Source of the DNA: Amoebidium appalachense
Taxonomy: Eukaryota > Protista > Ichthyosporea
Assembly: GCA_963693365.1 (NCBI GenBank)
Contig: CAVNZM010000004.1
Coordinates: 13,315,088 to 13,379,087 of the forward strand
DNA length: 64,000 nucleotides
Direction of reading: 5' to 3'
In this document: positions 1-22,811 of the stretch, one piece after another
Layout: the number at the start of each line of letters is the position of its first letter
How positions within the stretch are numbered: the first letter of the stretch is position 1
Notes under the pieces: generated by a model
The model's input: the letters and a program-made list of their open reading frames with translations, nothing else
Told to the model about the DNA's origin: nothing
Databases searched by the model: none
Position numbers and translations under genes: made by a program

Positions 1-10
1 ACTTCCGCAG

Positions 11-575
11 TGATGCAGAGGCTGATGCCGTGGCCTCCCTCCACAGATCACTCTTGGGCTACAGGTTTCCTCTCTCCCCCCTCCCCTCCCCCCCCCCCCC
101 CCCCCCCCTCTCTCCCCCCCCAAACACCTACACACACGCACTCGCGGATGTGTGTCCGGTTGCACACACACCCGAAAACGCACAGGTGCGTGCGTGAACA
201 CACACTCAAACTCACACACACACACACACACACACATTCACACTCACACTCACACGCACACGTATCCAGGGCACGAGCTGCCTCTGCATGCATACTCAGT
301 GTGTGTATCAACACAACCAACACCCTGGTGCTACACGTATGCTTGCGGAATTCTTGCTCCTATATACCACCATAGTTAATCTGAAGGCGTCCTGCACTGC
401 TCTTCTTTTCTTTTTAATCACTCGTCTTCCCCACGTCAAGCCTGTATCGTGCAACAACATAAGATCTGTCCTTCTATTCCCGTTCAATCCCCTCTGCCCA
501 TACCCTAACAGCACTGACTCCCTCTGTGTTCAACAGTTCACCTCAGGATGATGAGGTCCTTCAACAAGACGGTTG

Positions 576-622
<47 letters not shown>

Positions 623-752
623 ACACGCTCTCTCTCTCTTCTTTTGCACCAGTGTGTGTTTGTGCAGATGCGGATGTGTGGAAGAAGAGTAGAGGAAGAG
701 CAAGTAGACATGCGAATGAGGGGTGTTTTCTCTCTCTCTCTCTCTCTCTCTC

Positions 753-787
<35 letters not shown>

Positions 788-1571
788 CCCCCCACCCTCC
801 TTCCCTCCCTCCCTCCCATCCTCCCTCCCTCCCTCCGCCTCTCTCTCCCTCCCTCCACCTCTATCACCGCCCTCCCTCCCTCCGTACCTCCATCCATCCC
901 CTCTTGCTCTTCCCCCCCCCCTCCCCACCCCACCCCACCCCCTTCTCCTCCCCTTCTTTTGGGAGGAAGGGTGAGGGGGGTGGGGGGGGGGGGAGGGGAG
1001 GGGAAGAGAGAGATTTCAGTGTGACCATAGCTATAGAGATTGAGTGGTGGCGGACCAGCCCCCCCGCCCCTCCCCCCACCCCCCCCCCCCCCTCCCCCCG
1101 GCTCCTCACCCATCCTCCGTGGTGGCTGCGTGTCTCCATTCTTCGTACTATTTACCTGCCTCTCTCCAGCTGCTATAAATACCCTTGATTGAATGAGGAT
1201 GCGAGGGAGGTGCATTAGAGCTTTGCTGTATTGGGACGTGTTGTATTTACATGTGGTACGTCTCTTGGTCGGTATGCTGGTGGGTGGATGGTTTTCTTTT
1301 TTTTCTTTTTCTTTCTTTTTTTTTTCTTTGTGTGTGTGTTGTGTGTACGCGCGCGGTCGTGTGTGTGTGTATGTTTTGGTTCTCTTTCTCTCTCCCTCTC
1401 TCTCTCTCCCTCTCTCCCCTCCCCCCTCCCCCCTTCCCCCTTCCCCCCCCCCCCCCCCCCCCCTCTCCCTCTCCCCCCCCCCCCCCCCCTCTCTCTCTCC
1501 CTCCCCCCCCCTCCCTCCCTCCCTCCCTCCCTCCCTCCCTCCCTCCCTCCCTTCCTCCCTCCCCCCTCCCC

Positions 1572-1636
<65 letters not shown>

Positions 1637-1954
1637 TCTCGCTCTCTCGTCTCTCTCTCTCTCTCTCTCTCGCTTCTTCTCTCTCTCTCTCTCTCCCTCC
1701 CTCCCCCCCTCCTCTCCCTCCCCCTCCCCCCCCCCCTCTCTCTCTCTTTCTCTCCCTCCCCCCCCCTCCCCCTCCCTCACCCCCTCCCTCCCTCCCTCTC
1801 TCCCTCCCTCCCTCCCTCCCTCCCTCCGTCCCTCTCTCTCCCCCCCCCCCCCCCCTCTCTCTCTCTCTCTCCCCCTCCCCCTCCTTTGTGTGGGGGGGAG
1901 TGGAGGGGGGGGGAGAGGGGGGGAAGGGGGGAAGTCCAAGGTTTCAGGTGGATG

Positions 1955-2023
<69 letters not shown>

Positions 2024-2899
2024 CGTGCGTGCGTGTGTGTAGTGCGCACCCGCTTATGTATGTGTATATGTTTTAGTTGTTATTTCTCCCTTTTTTTGGG
2101 GGGGGGGGGTAAGGAAGTCCAAGGTTTTCAGGCTACAAGTAGTGGGTGAGCGAGATTGGGCCAGGCTGATAGTTGTGTTGGCCCACAGACATGGACACGG
2201 GTGCGGCGCCAAGTGTCAACCCACAACAGTCACCAGCCCCCATGTACGAACCTGCTCCCCCCCCCCCCCCCCCCCCCCCCTCCCCCCCTCCCCCCCCACC
2301 CACCCACCCACCCACACACACTCACCAACCCAGCCCCTTACCAAACTCCAACCCCCAAACCTTACCCTTTCCCTCTTGCATCCTTTTCACTAAGGGCATG
2401 GCCCCCATGGCTTTGGTGTGTTATTGGATAGAGGAGCCAGTTGATACAGATGCCATATGCCGATCATTTGGCTTTCTGTAGGCATTGGTGGTTCTCACAC
2501 TGCGTCTCACGGACAAGCACACCTCTCTGCATGCTTGTGCGCCACAGACAATTTGCAGCATGTTCTATGTGCGTATAGTCCAAAATCAACCTGTTTGTCT
2601 TTATTTTTCTCATCACATTATTGTTATCCCCCAGGCCTGCCCCCATGTCACTGGATGGGCCCAAATCCAGCCCAGCCCCTGTGCCCGGCAGCACCCCCCG
2701 GCCCATGCAGCCCCCCTCTGCCCGGCGAGGCACCATTGCGGCAAAACACACACCCCTTACACGTATGGGCACACCGGCTGCAGAGTACGTCCTCCCTGCC
2801 CCCCTACCACCTCACTCCCCCCTCCCCTTCCCCCTCCCCCCCTCCCCCCAGGCACCCCGCCTCCCCCCGCTCCTCCCCTCCACCCAAACACAGACACAG

Positions 2900-2933
<34 letters not shown>

Positions 2934-3475
2934 ATGTACACCTCGCGCACAAACCAGAGAACAAAGGACATTGTGAATATTAGTCTCCCTCTCCCCCTTC
3001 CACCCGCTAACTCAAAACAAATCAAGCAGGGAGGGTTGGGAGGGCAAAAGGAGGGGGAGGGGGTTGCTGTGGGGTAAGGGGAGAAGGAGGGGGGGGGGGG
3101 AGGGGGGGGGGGGGATTGGGAGGAATAGGGCGAGGGGACTTATGAGGAGATAAGAAATAATAGGAACTGGAACAGGCATGTGGTGAATTGGTAGGCAGGA
3201 GATAGGCGGGGCAAAACGGACGGCCGGCAAAAAGAGTGTGTTGAAAGGGCAATTACAACGAGGTGCACAGGCGGAAATGGTATTCCTTAATCTGCTGATT
3301 TCATAACAAATCACCATACACTCATAGTGTACCGCATCCCACTTTGGGGAAAACACCACGTAGACATAGCAAGCGTAGTCGTAAAGATACGCGTGTGTGC
3401 AATGGAAAAGAGGAAGCAGGCAACACGTGAGTTGTTGAGCAGTCGCATCTGCCTGCTGGCACAGGCGCGCGCGCG

Positions 3476-3518
<43 letters not shown>

Positions 3519-3940
3519 ACACACACGTGCATGGGTCCGCTGACCCTTCCTATTCCCCAGTGTTCCGCTGAAACATACCCCCGTGGCCCAAGTTGTCTCA
3601 CTCCCTAAGGTTACATTTGGCTCCGGTTTGAGCACCAGAACAACAGGTCAGCATCCCCCGCCCCCCCTCCCCCGCCCTGCCTCTTCTGTGTTTAACCAAT
3701 CCCTTCCTTTTCCCCTTCTAGTTTATAAACCATTTTGACGGTTGTGTATACAAAAAGAAACAAAGAGGACACGTGTTCATCTTAACAACGCTGCTTCTGC
3801 ACATGTGTTAATGCTCCAAACCACCCTTGCTTACGCACCACAAGTATTATTCTCAGTTTCAACATTCCTCCCCTGTCCCACGGGACAACCACCTAATGAA
3901 CGGGTGTGTAGTCACATGCACACGCTCGACAGACACACAT

Positions 3941-4017
<77 letters not shown>

Positions 4018-4198
4018 CACACTCACACTCACACACACACACACACACACAAACTGACCCACATGTCCACAGGCACACCGGTCCCACCAGTAGCCCCTAC
4101 CCCTCCACCTGCCACCCCTGCCCCTCAGCCCCTTGCACTCGAGGCCGCTTCTGAAGCCCCAGTACCAACCACGGTATCCTCCCTCCCTCCCCCCTCCC

Positions 4199-4238
<40 letters not shown>

Positions 4239-4308
4239 CGCGCTCTCCCCGGCGCCCACACACACACACACACACACACAAACACGTGACACACACACAC
4301 ACACACAC

Positions 4309-4405
<97 letters not shown>

Positions 4406-4408
4406 GTC

Positions 4409-4440
<32 letters not shown>

Positions 4441-4651
4441 AAAAAAAAAAAAAAGCACCCACCCGCTCACCTATTCTCCATCCCTCCTGCCGGCCGATTC
4501 AAGGTCTCGGTATCGGTCTATTTAATACTGTGCATCCTTTCCTATTGAACTGGTTCTGTAAATCAAAACTACGGAAGTAGGGAGAACGTGTAGAAAGAAG
4601 CGTCTTTCCGCGTGCGTTGGCTGTAGAGCTGGTCGTTCTTTTTTTTTTTTT

Positions 4652-4682
<31 letters not shown>

Positions 4683-5096
4683 GGGGAGGTAATTTGAGGG
4701 TGGTTGATATTGTTGCTTGCCGAGTGTTACCGGAGTCTGCTCCGGGCCTCGTTTTCCCTAGTCTCCAGTGACCTTCCGCTCACCAAAAATCGGTTTTTAT
4801 TCAACAGACATTCGAGTTAAGATCTTTGCGTACACCTAGGCTCCCCGTTTGCTTTTGCGTGCACACATACTCCCACTGCACACTGCTGTGCGTACAGATG
4901 GCCAGTGTGGTGCATGTCTTGTTTCATAGTATCAATTAGCCCCGTGCCGCCTATTTTAGGCCGTTATAATTTTTAATTTTTAACCGTTTTTCGGCAGATG
5001 AAAAAGCGGCGCACTCGGCAGCCCGCCACCCCAGCACCCACAGAATCTGCACGCCGTTATGCCCTGCGACCAAGGAGAACCCCGGGGCCACAATGA
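11..5096 (+). CDS. 3' part of an unidentified spliced gene; Pro/Ser/Thr-rich disordered C-terminus ending in a basic segment (MKKRRTRQ...RRYALRPRR); 5' end lies outside the window
   Basis: Phase-consistent AG/GT-bounded exons 11-64, 537-571, 668-722, 2189-2243, 2635-2784, 3561-3646, 4073-4173, 4998-5096 (TGA). No recognisable domain; the frame of the first three exons is less certain. Confidence 0.6.
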
Positions 5097-6515
5097 ATGT
5101 GTGTTTGGCTGAAAGAGGTTTAGGATTTACTGTGGTGTTAGATTGTGGACCTGAATGTATTACGTAGTTGATGTGTATGATATGGGATATGTGGTTCGAG
5201 TATCGCCATGTCTGTCGTCTGTTGTGATGATCGTGTCCTGGCTATACTCATTTTTATTTTATTTTTTGGCAAATGTGTACACTGCCCTCTGCCACACGAA
5301 AGAGCGCGACAAACAGGATATTTAAATTAAATGTGTTTGCCATGGTGTGCTGCAGTGCTTGACATTCAAACATCAGTAAAAAAACAGAATACGTGCTGAT
5401 GCATTGCTGCACGTCTGAGATTGAGAATGCACACGTTTACGAGTGTGAATTGAGCTACCACGTTTTTTCACTGTACCTTATGGGGCCAGCGGATTGAAAT
5501 AGTGTAGTACATGTTTGATACACTGCCCTTTTTTTAGTGAGCTTGGGTGTCAGTGCATGTCAGTGTGTGCGTGCCCATTTCGGACGTGAGTGTCCATTGT
5601 TCATTCAATTATGTGTATTATACTTGTGTGTGTGTGTACCTGTGTGTGTGTACACGTGTGTGTGTGCGTGCGTGCGTGTACGTGCACGTATTAAATTGTG
5701 TGTGTGTGTTTTATTTGTGTGTACGTGCACGTGCCTGCATGTGTGGGTGCAGTGTGTGTGCTTTTGTGTGTATATGTGTCACGTGCACGGGGAGTCGTTT
5801 TCAGTCAGACGCCAGTGCATGAGTGTACACGTCATCATCAACGGATAGATGAACGAAGAGAGGGTGCCTGTACATGTGTTCCGACGGTATATCTGATGTG
5901 CACGCGTGTGCACGTTCGGGGCCCCTGCAGCTGGGGCTGCCCCTCATGGGCCGGCTGTGTCGTGGGTCACGCGCCCGGTGGGAGCCCCGTTGGGCAAGCG
6001 GCCAATTGCAAGGGGCAAAGGGCTGGATCCGGAGGGAATTGCGGAATTATTGATTGGGATCCGGAGCAAGAGTAAAAGAGACAAAAGGAAATGCACAGAA
6101 AAAGCAGTCTCTTACTTACAAGTAAGCGAGTGGAGGAGTCAGATGAGTACTGGTTCCAAATTGTTCCAATCATTCCGTGCTGAGCCGCTGAGAGCAAACG
6201 TTAACCACAAAAAAAAATGTATGGTCTACATACAGAGTTGTCGTATTTTCGAAATCCACTATAGCTAAGCAGAGCCGTCTGAGACGTACAATTAATAATG
6301 ACAGTTAAAAAGTTATTAACACAAAACTTATGTTATGAATAGTTATATGTCTTATTTTAGTAGAAAAAAATGCTACAAATACACAGTTTTTCATGGAAAT
6401 AGTATCCGTTCCCAAGCCTGTCGCGCCTGCCGCTGAAAATCTAACGAATCTCTTTGCCCACCTCACTGAGATCTATCAAAAGCCAATCATGTTCGGGTAA
6501 TACAGTACTAATATT

Positions 6516-6919
6516 CAGGGGTTGAATTACGACCCAAAAATCGTCGTATTTACGATTAAGCCCAGGGGGTCAAAACGAGTAACGCTGTGAGGTGCTGTAT
6601 TGGTTTTTCGTAGCAGTCGAGTAGGGCACGACAGTGTATTTTGGTGTTTTCATACAAAAATGGGTGTTTCCAAAGGTAAAAGTGGTCAGGTCGTTATTTT
6701 GGCACTCCAGCTGGAATATGAAGCCCTGTTTTGTCTCTCCGGGTGTGTAATTGCTAAGGGAGTGTAGAATTAACTGAAATGAGTCGTCAATTTTAATAAT
6801 ATAGGGGGTCTATATGAATCATAATTGAAACGAATCCCGCCAATACGATTTACAAATTTCGACAAAACGATTACGTGTAAGGTAAAACGGGTAGCGCAGT
6901 CAAAACCTCACAACCCCTG
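6516..6919. mobile_element. hAT-like MITE (non-autonomous DNA transposon), about 404 bp
   Basis: 9-bp terminal inverted repeat CAGGGGTTG (6516) / CAACCCCTG (ends 6919); 8-bp flanks CTAATATT and GTAATACT match at 6/8 (eroded TSD); many subterminal ACGA/TCGT-type motifs; AT-rich and non-coding. CAGGGG termini with 8-bp TSD are typical of hAT elements. Confidence 0.5.
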
Positions 6920-7569
6920 GTAATACTGTTATTCGGATCTACGTCCGCACTTCATGCATTCAACACTGGAAGAAAACAGACATGGCTCACAAAACACATA
7001 TCGACAACAAGACAATGTTGCATCACTACGACTACATGGTGCAGCTGCTGTAACAGTTGAAAGAGCCGGTTAAAAGATGTTACAAGCGCACTCGAGTTCA
7101 ACGTGACATGCTTTACATATTATGTTTTTGGCACTGAAGATTGTCAAAGTTTCCAGGACCTCTATTTTCACTCTTGCCTGCACCTTCTGCGCAGATGACA
7201 CAGCTTGCATGCTATTACTTTTAGAAGATGCCTTCAAAATGCACGCATAAACCATAAACAACAAAAACCGACACTCACCACTGACTGACAACACCCTCAT
7301 TCTTTTCTAGTTACCGGTAGGCACGGGACCGCGTGTGCACGTGGGGACAGTGCATGGTCACCGTAGACGTTAACGGTAACATTTAGTTGAATAACTGATC
7401 AGTACAAAAGATGGTGGCTGGGGGCCTTCCATCCTCTCCTGGGGCTTCGTCAGTGCACTTCTTACACTCGGCTCTATCGGCAGATCTAGACGAGCCCACC
7501 AACTGCCGTATGTATTATTGAAACAAAAAAGGACGCGTACGGCAGCCCCGTTTTGAAAGCCACAACCCG

Positions 7570-8511
7570 GTGCCTCCCCATTCCCCAGCACTCGGCACCT
7601 GGAGAGCTCGCAGCGGCGCTCAAACATTACGAGCGGTACATCTAGGGTTCATGATCAGAATCCTAACTCGTCGAATGATAATTATAAAGCGTCTCCCAGC
7701 CATGCATCTAGCTGATAATGAAACCTTTGACCAAGCCAGCAAAGTGCTCTCTTCGTTGGGCAGCAGAGATAACAGCAGCGATATTATCGACAATCTCTCG
7801 GTGAAAATTGTGCAAACACTGCACATGCAGGAAATGACCAATGATTCAGTGCATGCCTACACAGACACTTCGTACCCACATTCATTAGAGTACACCGTCG
7901 GTAAGAATGATTATTCACGCGCAGAACTTCATGACTCTAGTTTCAACCAGCCAAGCTGGTATTGCAATTTCTACGAGGGAGAGGATGGTGACGACGTAGA
8001 AGTTCTGGACTTTAGGAACACACCAGAGCATGTTGACATTGCGCCGCCAGAAGAAGAGTGTTTGTTTGATCTTGACGACGATGCTTTCAAAGAGCACAAA
8101 TACACTGATTTTGCGTTCGAGTTGGATTCGGGGGCACACGAAGAATTTGACGTTCTGCGCGAGATAGAAGAAGAGGATGCAGACGAGCTTGATTCCTCGG
8201 ACGAGTCCCAGGATTCGGAGAATGATTCGGAAAACGGGCCATATTCCCAAGGTTCGATGGAAGAATACGTGTGCACAACCACAGCAGGCAGGATTGGAGT
8301 AATGAGCTTATTGGCGCTAACGGCAAAAAAAAATCAACCAGCCTAGCCCCCAGTACAAAGTTCGAGAGATGGTGCTATTACAGGCAACATTAGACAAGGG
8401 GGTGACGTCCTATCGCCACGGACTGTTAAACCTGGGCAGTGTTTCGTCTGCAGGGTCACCGGTGCTGCAAGCGCCCCAAAAGTCCAGATTTTTATTTGCA
8501 ATATAGAATAA
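7570..8511 (+). pseudogene. Decayed intronless ORF with acidic tract and degenerate zinc knuckle, probably transposon-derived (gag-like or transposase-associated)
   Basis: 258-aa ORF 7570-8346 with a D/E-rich stretch; the same frame continues past one TAG to PGQCFVCRVTG (Cys at 8440 and 8449), a CX2CX3G knuckle start lacking His/Cys. Lies in a microsatellite-free, more AT-rich block. Confidence 0.4.
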
Positions 8512-9771
8512 TCCTAGGAGCGGGGCCGGGGCAGGAGTCAAGTTGAAACTAATCAATATCACTGACTATGTATAGTGACTTTCTAGATAATAATGTGAGA
8601 TATTCATCAGACTCTCGTATGTATTTGACATGAACCGTTATAGTATGTAATACGAACCGTACGGTGTACCCACTAATTTTTCCACTGACTCCTGTCACAT
8701 TTCAGTACTGGTGTACTAGCTAGGTCACACTAGTGGTCACATTATGCGCATATGTGCAGGACAATGTTTGTTGTCGATATCGATGTACATACACGTTTGT
8801 CTTTCAAAAAACGACATATGCATGCTTGTCAAATAACCCCCGGGGATTGCAACACTCAGCCTGTAGTGTCAAGTACACATCATCAGCACACAGTCTATTG
8901 CACATAAATGTGTTTTACATTCAACTAATAAAAAAAAATACATCATGTGTTTTACACAAGCACATAACTGTTAACATTCCAAAGTTAACTCAGAAACTTT
9001 GATGTGCACATGTGTTTCACATCCAACTAATAAAATCCAAAAAGATGCGCACAAGAAATGAAGATGTCACGACTGCGCCATCAGGCTTCACCATTCAGAA
9101 GTGCACATCCGGTGCACTCCACTTGATTTTCTTTGAAGGATTTTTTTATGCATGATACTATTCTCCCGAAGTATTCGATTCTGCCAGCTGGAATTCGAAT
9201 ACCGTGCACGTGATGGTTGGAGTTGTGCCACGGTTGATTCAGAAGCAGAATGAGTTCGCCGATTGAAAAAGCAGAACTTATATATCGAAATATATATAGT
9301 TCATGTGGGCGCTAGTGCTTTGTGTTGAAACTATATTTGGTGGTCAAGCAGCTGCAGATTATTATTGTCTACTGCTAAGAACTTCTAGAAATGATCAACG
9401 GCCTGTTTTGGGGGGATTATAAAAAAGTTTATCTAAATTACACTCAGTGAAAGCAGAGTGCATATGGTTACTGCAGTCTTGATCACTTTGCAGAATAATA
9501 TTACGGTACACACCAAGCCTATGACATGTATTCTGCTGGTACTGTATGATCCCGATATAGATATTGGGTCAGGTACTCGAGCTCGAGCTCTTCGAATTCA
9601 ACACGGTCAGTGCACGCGTACGTGTATGTGGGCCCGCTCAATACATGGTTTCTTTTGATTTGCGAGGGCCATCTATGACATGTACATGGGTCGGGCCATG
9701 TAGTAAATAAAATGCACATTGCCGAACTATGAAGATTTTTTCAAGATCATCAGGTAACTTAAACTGCAGCT

Positions 9772-9813
<42 letters not shown>

Positions 9814-10103
9814 GGGGGGGAGGATCTACATAGCGGAAGGGGGAGGGGGGGGCGGGGCGGGGAGGGGGGGGGGGGGGGGGGGGGGGAGGGGGGGGGGGGG
9901 GAGAATCGGGATTTGGGGGTGAGGGTGGGGGGGTGGAGAGGGGGGGAGGGGGGAGGGAAGGGGGAGGATCGTCTGTTGAGAGGAGGAGGAGCTTACAGCT
10001 GTCATGCTGGCTGCCATGATGACACAGCTGCCAGCAGCCGTGTCTGCATGCACAGGTTGACCGGCCAACGATAATCGATTAGATGACCGTTACCTGCAAT
10101 TGG

Positions 10104-10125
10104 CCGATCGCGCACCATGACGTCA
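10104..10125. promoter_or_regulatory. CCGATCGCG plus CRE-like palindrome TGACGTCA upstream of the CINP-like gene
   Basis: CCGATCGCG at 10104-10112 and TGACGTCA at 10118-10125; the same pair recurs at 47707-47715 and 47736-47743 in the eIF4B/USP10 intergenic region. Confidence 0.35.
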
Positions 10126-10195
10126 TCAAAAGGTGATGTCGCAAACCGTTGTTCCAGTCAGAGTTTGAAACGTGAAACTGAATCATGGCGTTCAG

Positions 10196-10320
10196 TCACG
10201 CTAATATTAGGCCACCCAACCACACACCCAGGTACACTCACGCTAATATTAGGCCACCCAACCACACACCCAGGCACACTCCCGCTAATATTAGACCACC
10301 CACACACACACCCAGGCAGG
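10196..10320 (+). repeat. 42-bp minisatellite, 3 copies
   Basis: Unit TCACGCTAATATTAGGCCACCCAACCACACACCCAGG(T/C)ACAC at 10196, 10238 and 10280; contains palindrome CTAATATTAG; ends just before the ATG at 10325. Confidence 0.9.
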
Positions 10321-10324
10321 TAGC

Positions 10325-14154
<3,830 letters not shown>

Positions 14155-15542
14155 TGGGACATGCACGTGTGTGGTGGGGTGTAGATTGGGGGTGAGTGGC
14201 TGAATGAACGTCGTCATGCCTTGCAAAGAATTGGGTAGGGGATTGGGGAGGGGGGAGGAGGAGGGCGGGGGGAGGGGGGGGGGGGAGGGGGGGCAGAGAT
14301 GAACAATTTGAACATGTCGTATGATTGAACATGGCGTTGATGTGAATAGATGCACGGGTGTGCAAAATAGAATCGTATTTCCCTGCTTGCAGCAGGATTC
14401 GTGTATGCTCATATGATTTGTATGTACACAAATAGGATTTGTATGAAAAGCCCGTTGAATTCAATGATGGTGACCCATTAAATCTAAAACTGTAAACCCA
14501 TTCAAAGAGCATGCTATGCATGTTTGCCTTCAGATTCTGCAGATCTCAGGACACCTAATCGATACTGATAACGAGGCGACCAATCGTTTTGCCCCTCTAC
14601 ACAGGCCATGTGCCATGTGCCATCCACAGTCAAGTCACATTTGCTGATGTATAAGTTGTGGCAGTGCTGGGTCATCACATGTCGCAATCGGGTAATAGTG
14701 TACGGCATTAATGCTTAGTGGTTGTGTCAGCCTATACAACCACACACACGCATACATATATTGTTTTGTTGAAGGTCACATACTGCACACGCACATATGT
14801 AGTTAGGGTCTAGCATGCGCGCAGTTTATGGCTCTCCAGATCCCCCCTGTCTACTTTAACTCGTCTGTTCGAATGCAATTGGTGCGTGTCACACTGTGCG
14901 CTTCAAATGATGTGTTTGTGTGTGTATGCGTGTGTAATATACAACGTCTGTGTGTGTGCGAGTGCACCCCCAACGACGTTTCCGTTCATTTGTGTGGGCT
15001 GTGCACTAACAGCCGCAACTACACCTAGACGTATTCGAGAAAGCTCCCATGTGTGAAAGATGAGAAATTGCCAGGATAAGGGTTCTTGAACCGTCACACA
15101 TGCTTCATTCCAGAGTTTATTCTGTGTTTAATTGGCAGGTGACATGGCCTTATACTAGACAGGGCAATTCATTGCATCTTTCGTTTATTTCCATACGTCC
15201 ATCATTCAGAAAGCACCATGGCATTCGCAACCCTCTAACTAACGTTTTCATTTGGCCTCCTGGCTCACCTAAGAATACACACGTGGCAGTAAAAGGGCAC
15301 AAGCAAAAATACAAATGGAAAAGCCTGTAACCTAAATATAACCCTAATAAAAAAGAAGTAAAGAAAGTGAACCCATGTGTGTGCATGTTTAACATGGGTG
15401 AGCAGCAACAGCAAACTGCCTCACACCAGTTAGATGAACATGGCACCAGGGGACACCACTATAAACCATTCAGCTGTGTTGATTGTAGCACATGCTGATT
15501 GGGTTCTATTTAACTCGGCAAATTGATTGGTTAAAGAAACCC

Positions 15543-21503
<5,961 letters not shown>

Positions 21504-22031
21504 GCTGCCGCCCTGCCCTGCAGGCCCACTGCTGCTGTGCGCTTTCCCGCCCGAGGCCACGTACAGTTACACTTTTAGCGTTGGCAAAGCGTGCAGTAAA
21601 TTTCTACATAATACTGGCACTGGCGCCTCAGGCCTACCATCAAACCGTCTGTGCTCAAAAATACTCCCGAGGTTCTTCGGGTTGTGATAGCCGCTCCACA
21701 CCATATGCATGCATATGATCAGCCTGTGATAGCCTCGGCCCCCGAGCCTCAGAATAAAATGCATTCATGGGCAGCAAGGGCAGCATTCTCTCGTGTGCAT
21801 TTGCAACTCGCGTCACGGGCGTAGGCTAGAGTAAGAATGTACAGGGACAACACATACAAAGAGACACAAGCGTGTATCCTAGTGCTCACGTATGTGCACA
21901 TGTTTAGGCGAACTGACGCATGGTGCATGTACGGGCGCCAGATCAAGTTGCCCGTAATTGAACGTTGCTAATCTTTTACACACACACACGTACTCACATT
22001 GCACGCACGCACGCACGCGCGCGCACACACA

Positions 22032-22083
<52 letters not shown>

Positions 22084-22130
22084 TACACGCACACGCACAA
22101 GCACACGCACATCACACGCACACGCACACG

Positions 22131-22187
<57 letters not shown>

Positions 22188-22811
22188 AGAAACAACACTG
22201 CATGTGTGTGACACACAAAAGCAGACAGCGGAACGGCAGTGCATCAAGGCACAACCGAAACCAGCACTGCACTGTGACAACGAGAAAAATATTGCCCCCT
22301 TATACGTGGTGTTGGCATCAGTCACCAAGTCAAAGTAAAGGTTGGCTTCTCACATCGCATCATAACATGGCCATGGTTTGTATGTTCCCAGCCAGCAGGG
22401 AGTGCCCGTCCTACAACTTGCCCGAGGCTGTATTCCACATTCACAGAAAGAAAAGGGAGCATTTCAAATAAACCAAAAGGTTGTTTCAGTGTGTACTTAA
22501 CGGTTGTCGAAAAAAGAGGCAACTGGTGGGGAGAATAGCGCTTTCAGTAATATTAAAATCAATATACAATAAATTATTCGTTCTTCGCAATTCTAAAACA
22601 AGCATAGTTGGGAGTTGGTGTAAAAAGGAACAAAAGGACGCCCACCGTATACACACTATGCAAAAAGGCCCCTGTTTCACTGTTGCATGCTCTATCCTAC
22701 TGTAGGATTCGTGATGCCTATACGCTCACACACTTTTCGTTCTCTGTAATGTTTTAAAACACGGGTAGGGGGTGGTTGTAAAAAAGAAACGAAAGATCCC
22801 TACCACACACA

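Noticed and set aside
1170-1255. AG/GT-bounded segment as a coding exon of the first gene
   Set aside because: Stop codons in all three frames; the exon chain stays in phase without it.
10196-10320. Regularly spaced repeats as a CRISPR array
   Set aside because: Contiguous tandem units with no unique spacers, eukaryotic context, no cas genes.
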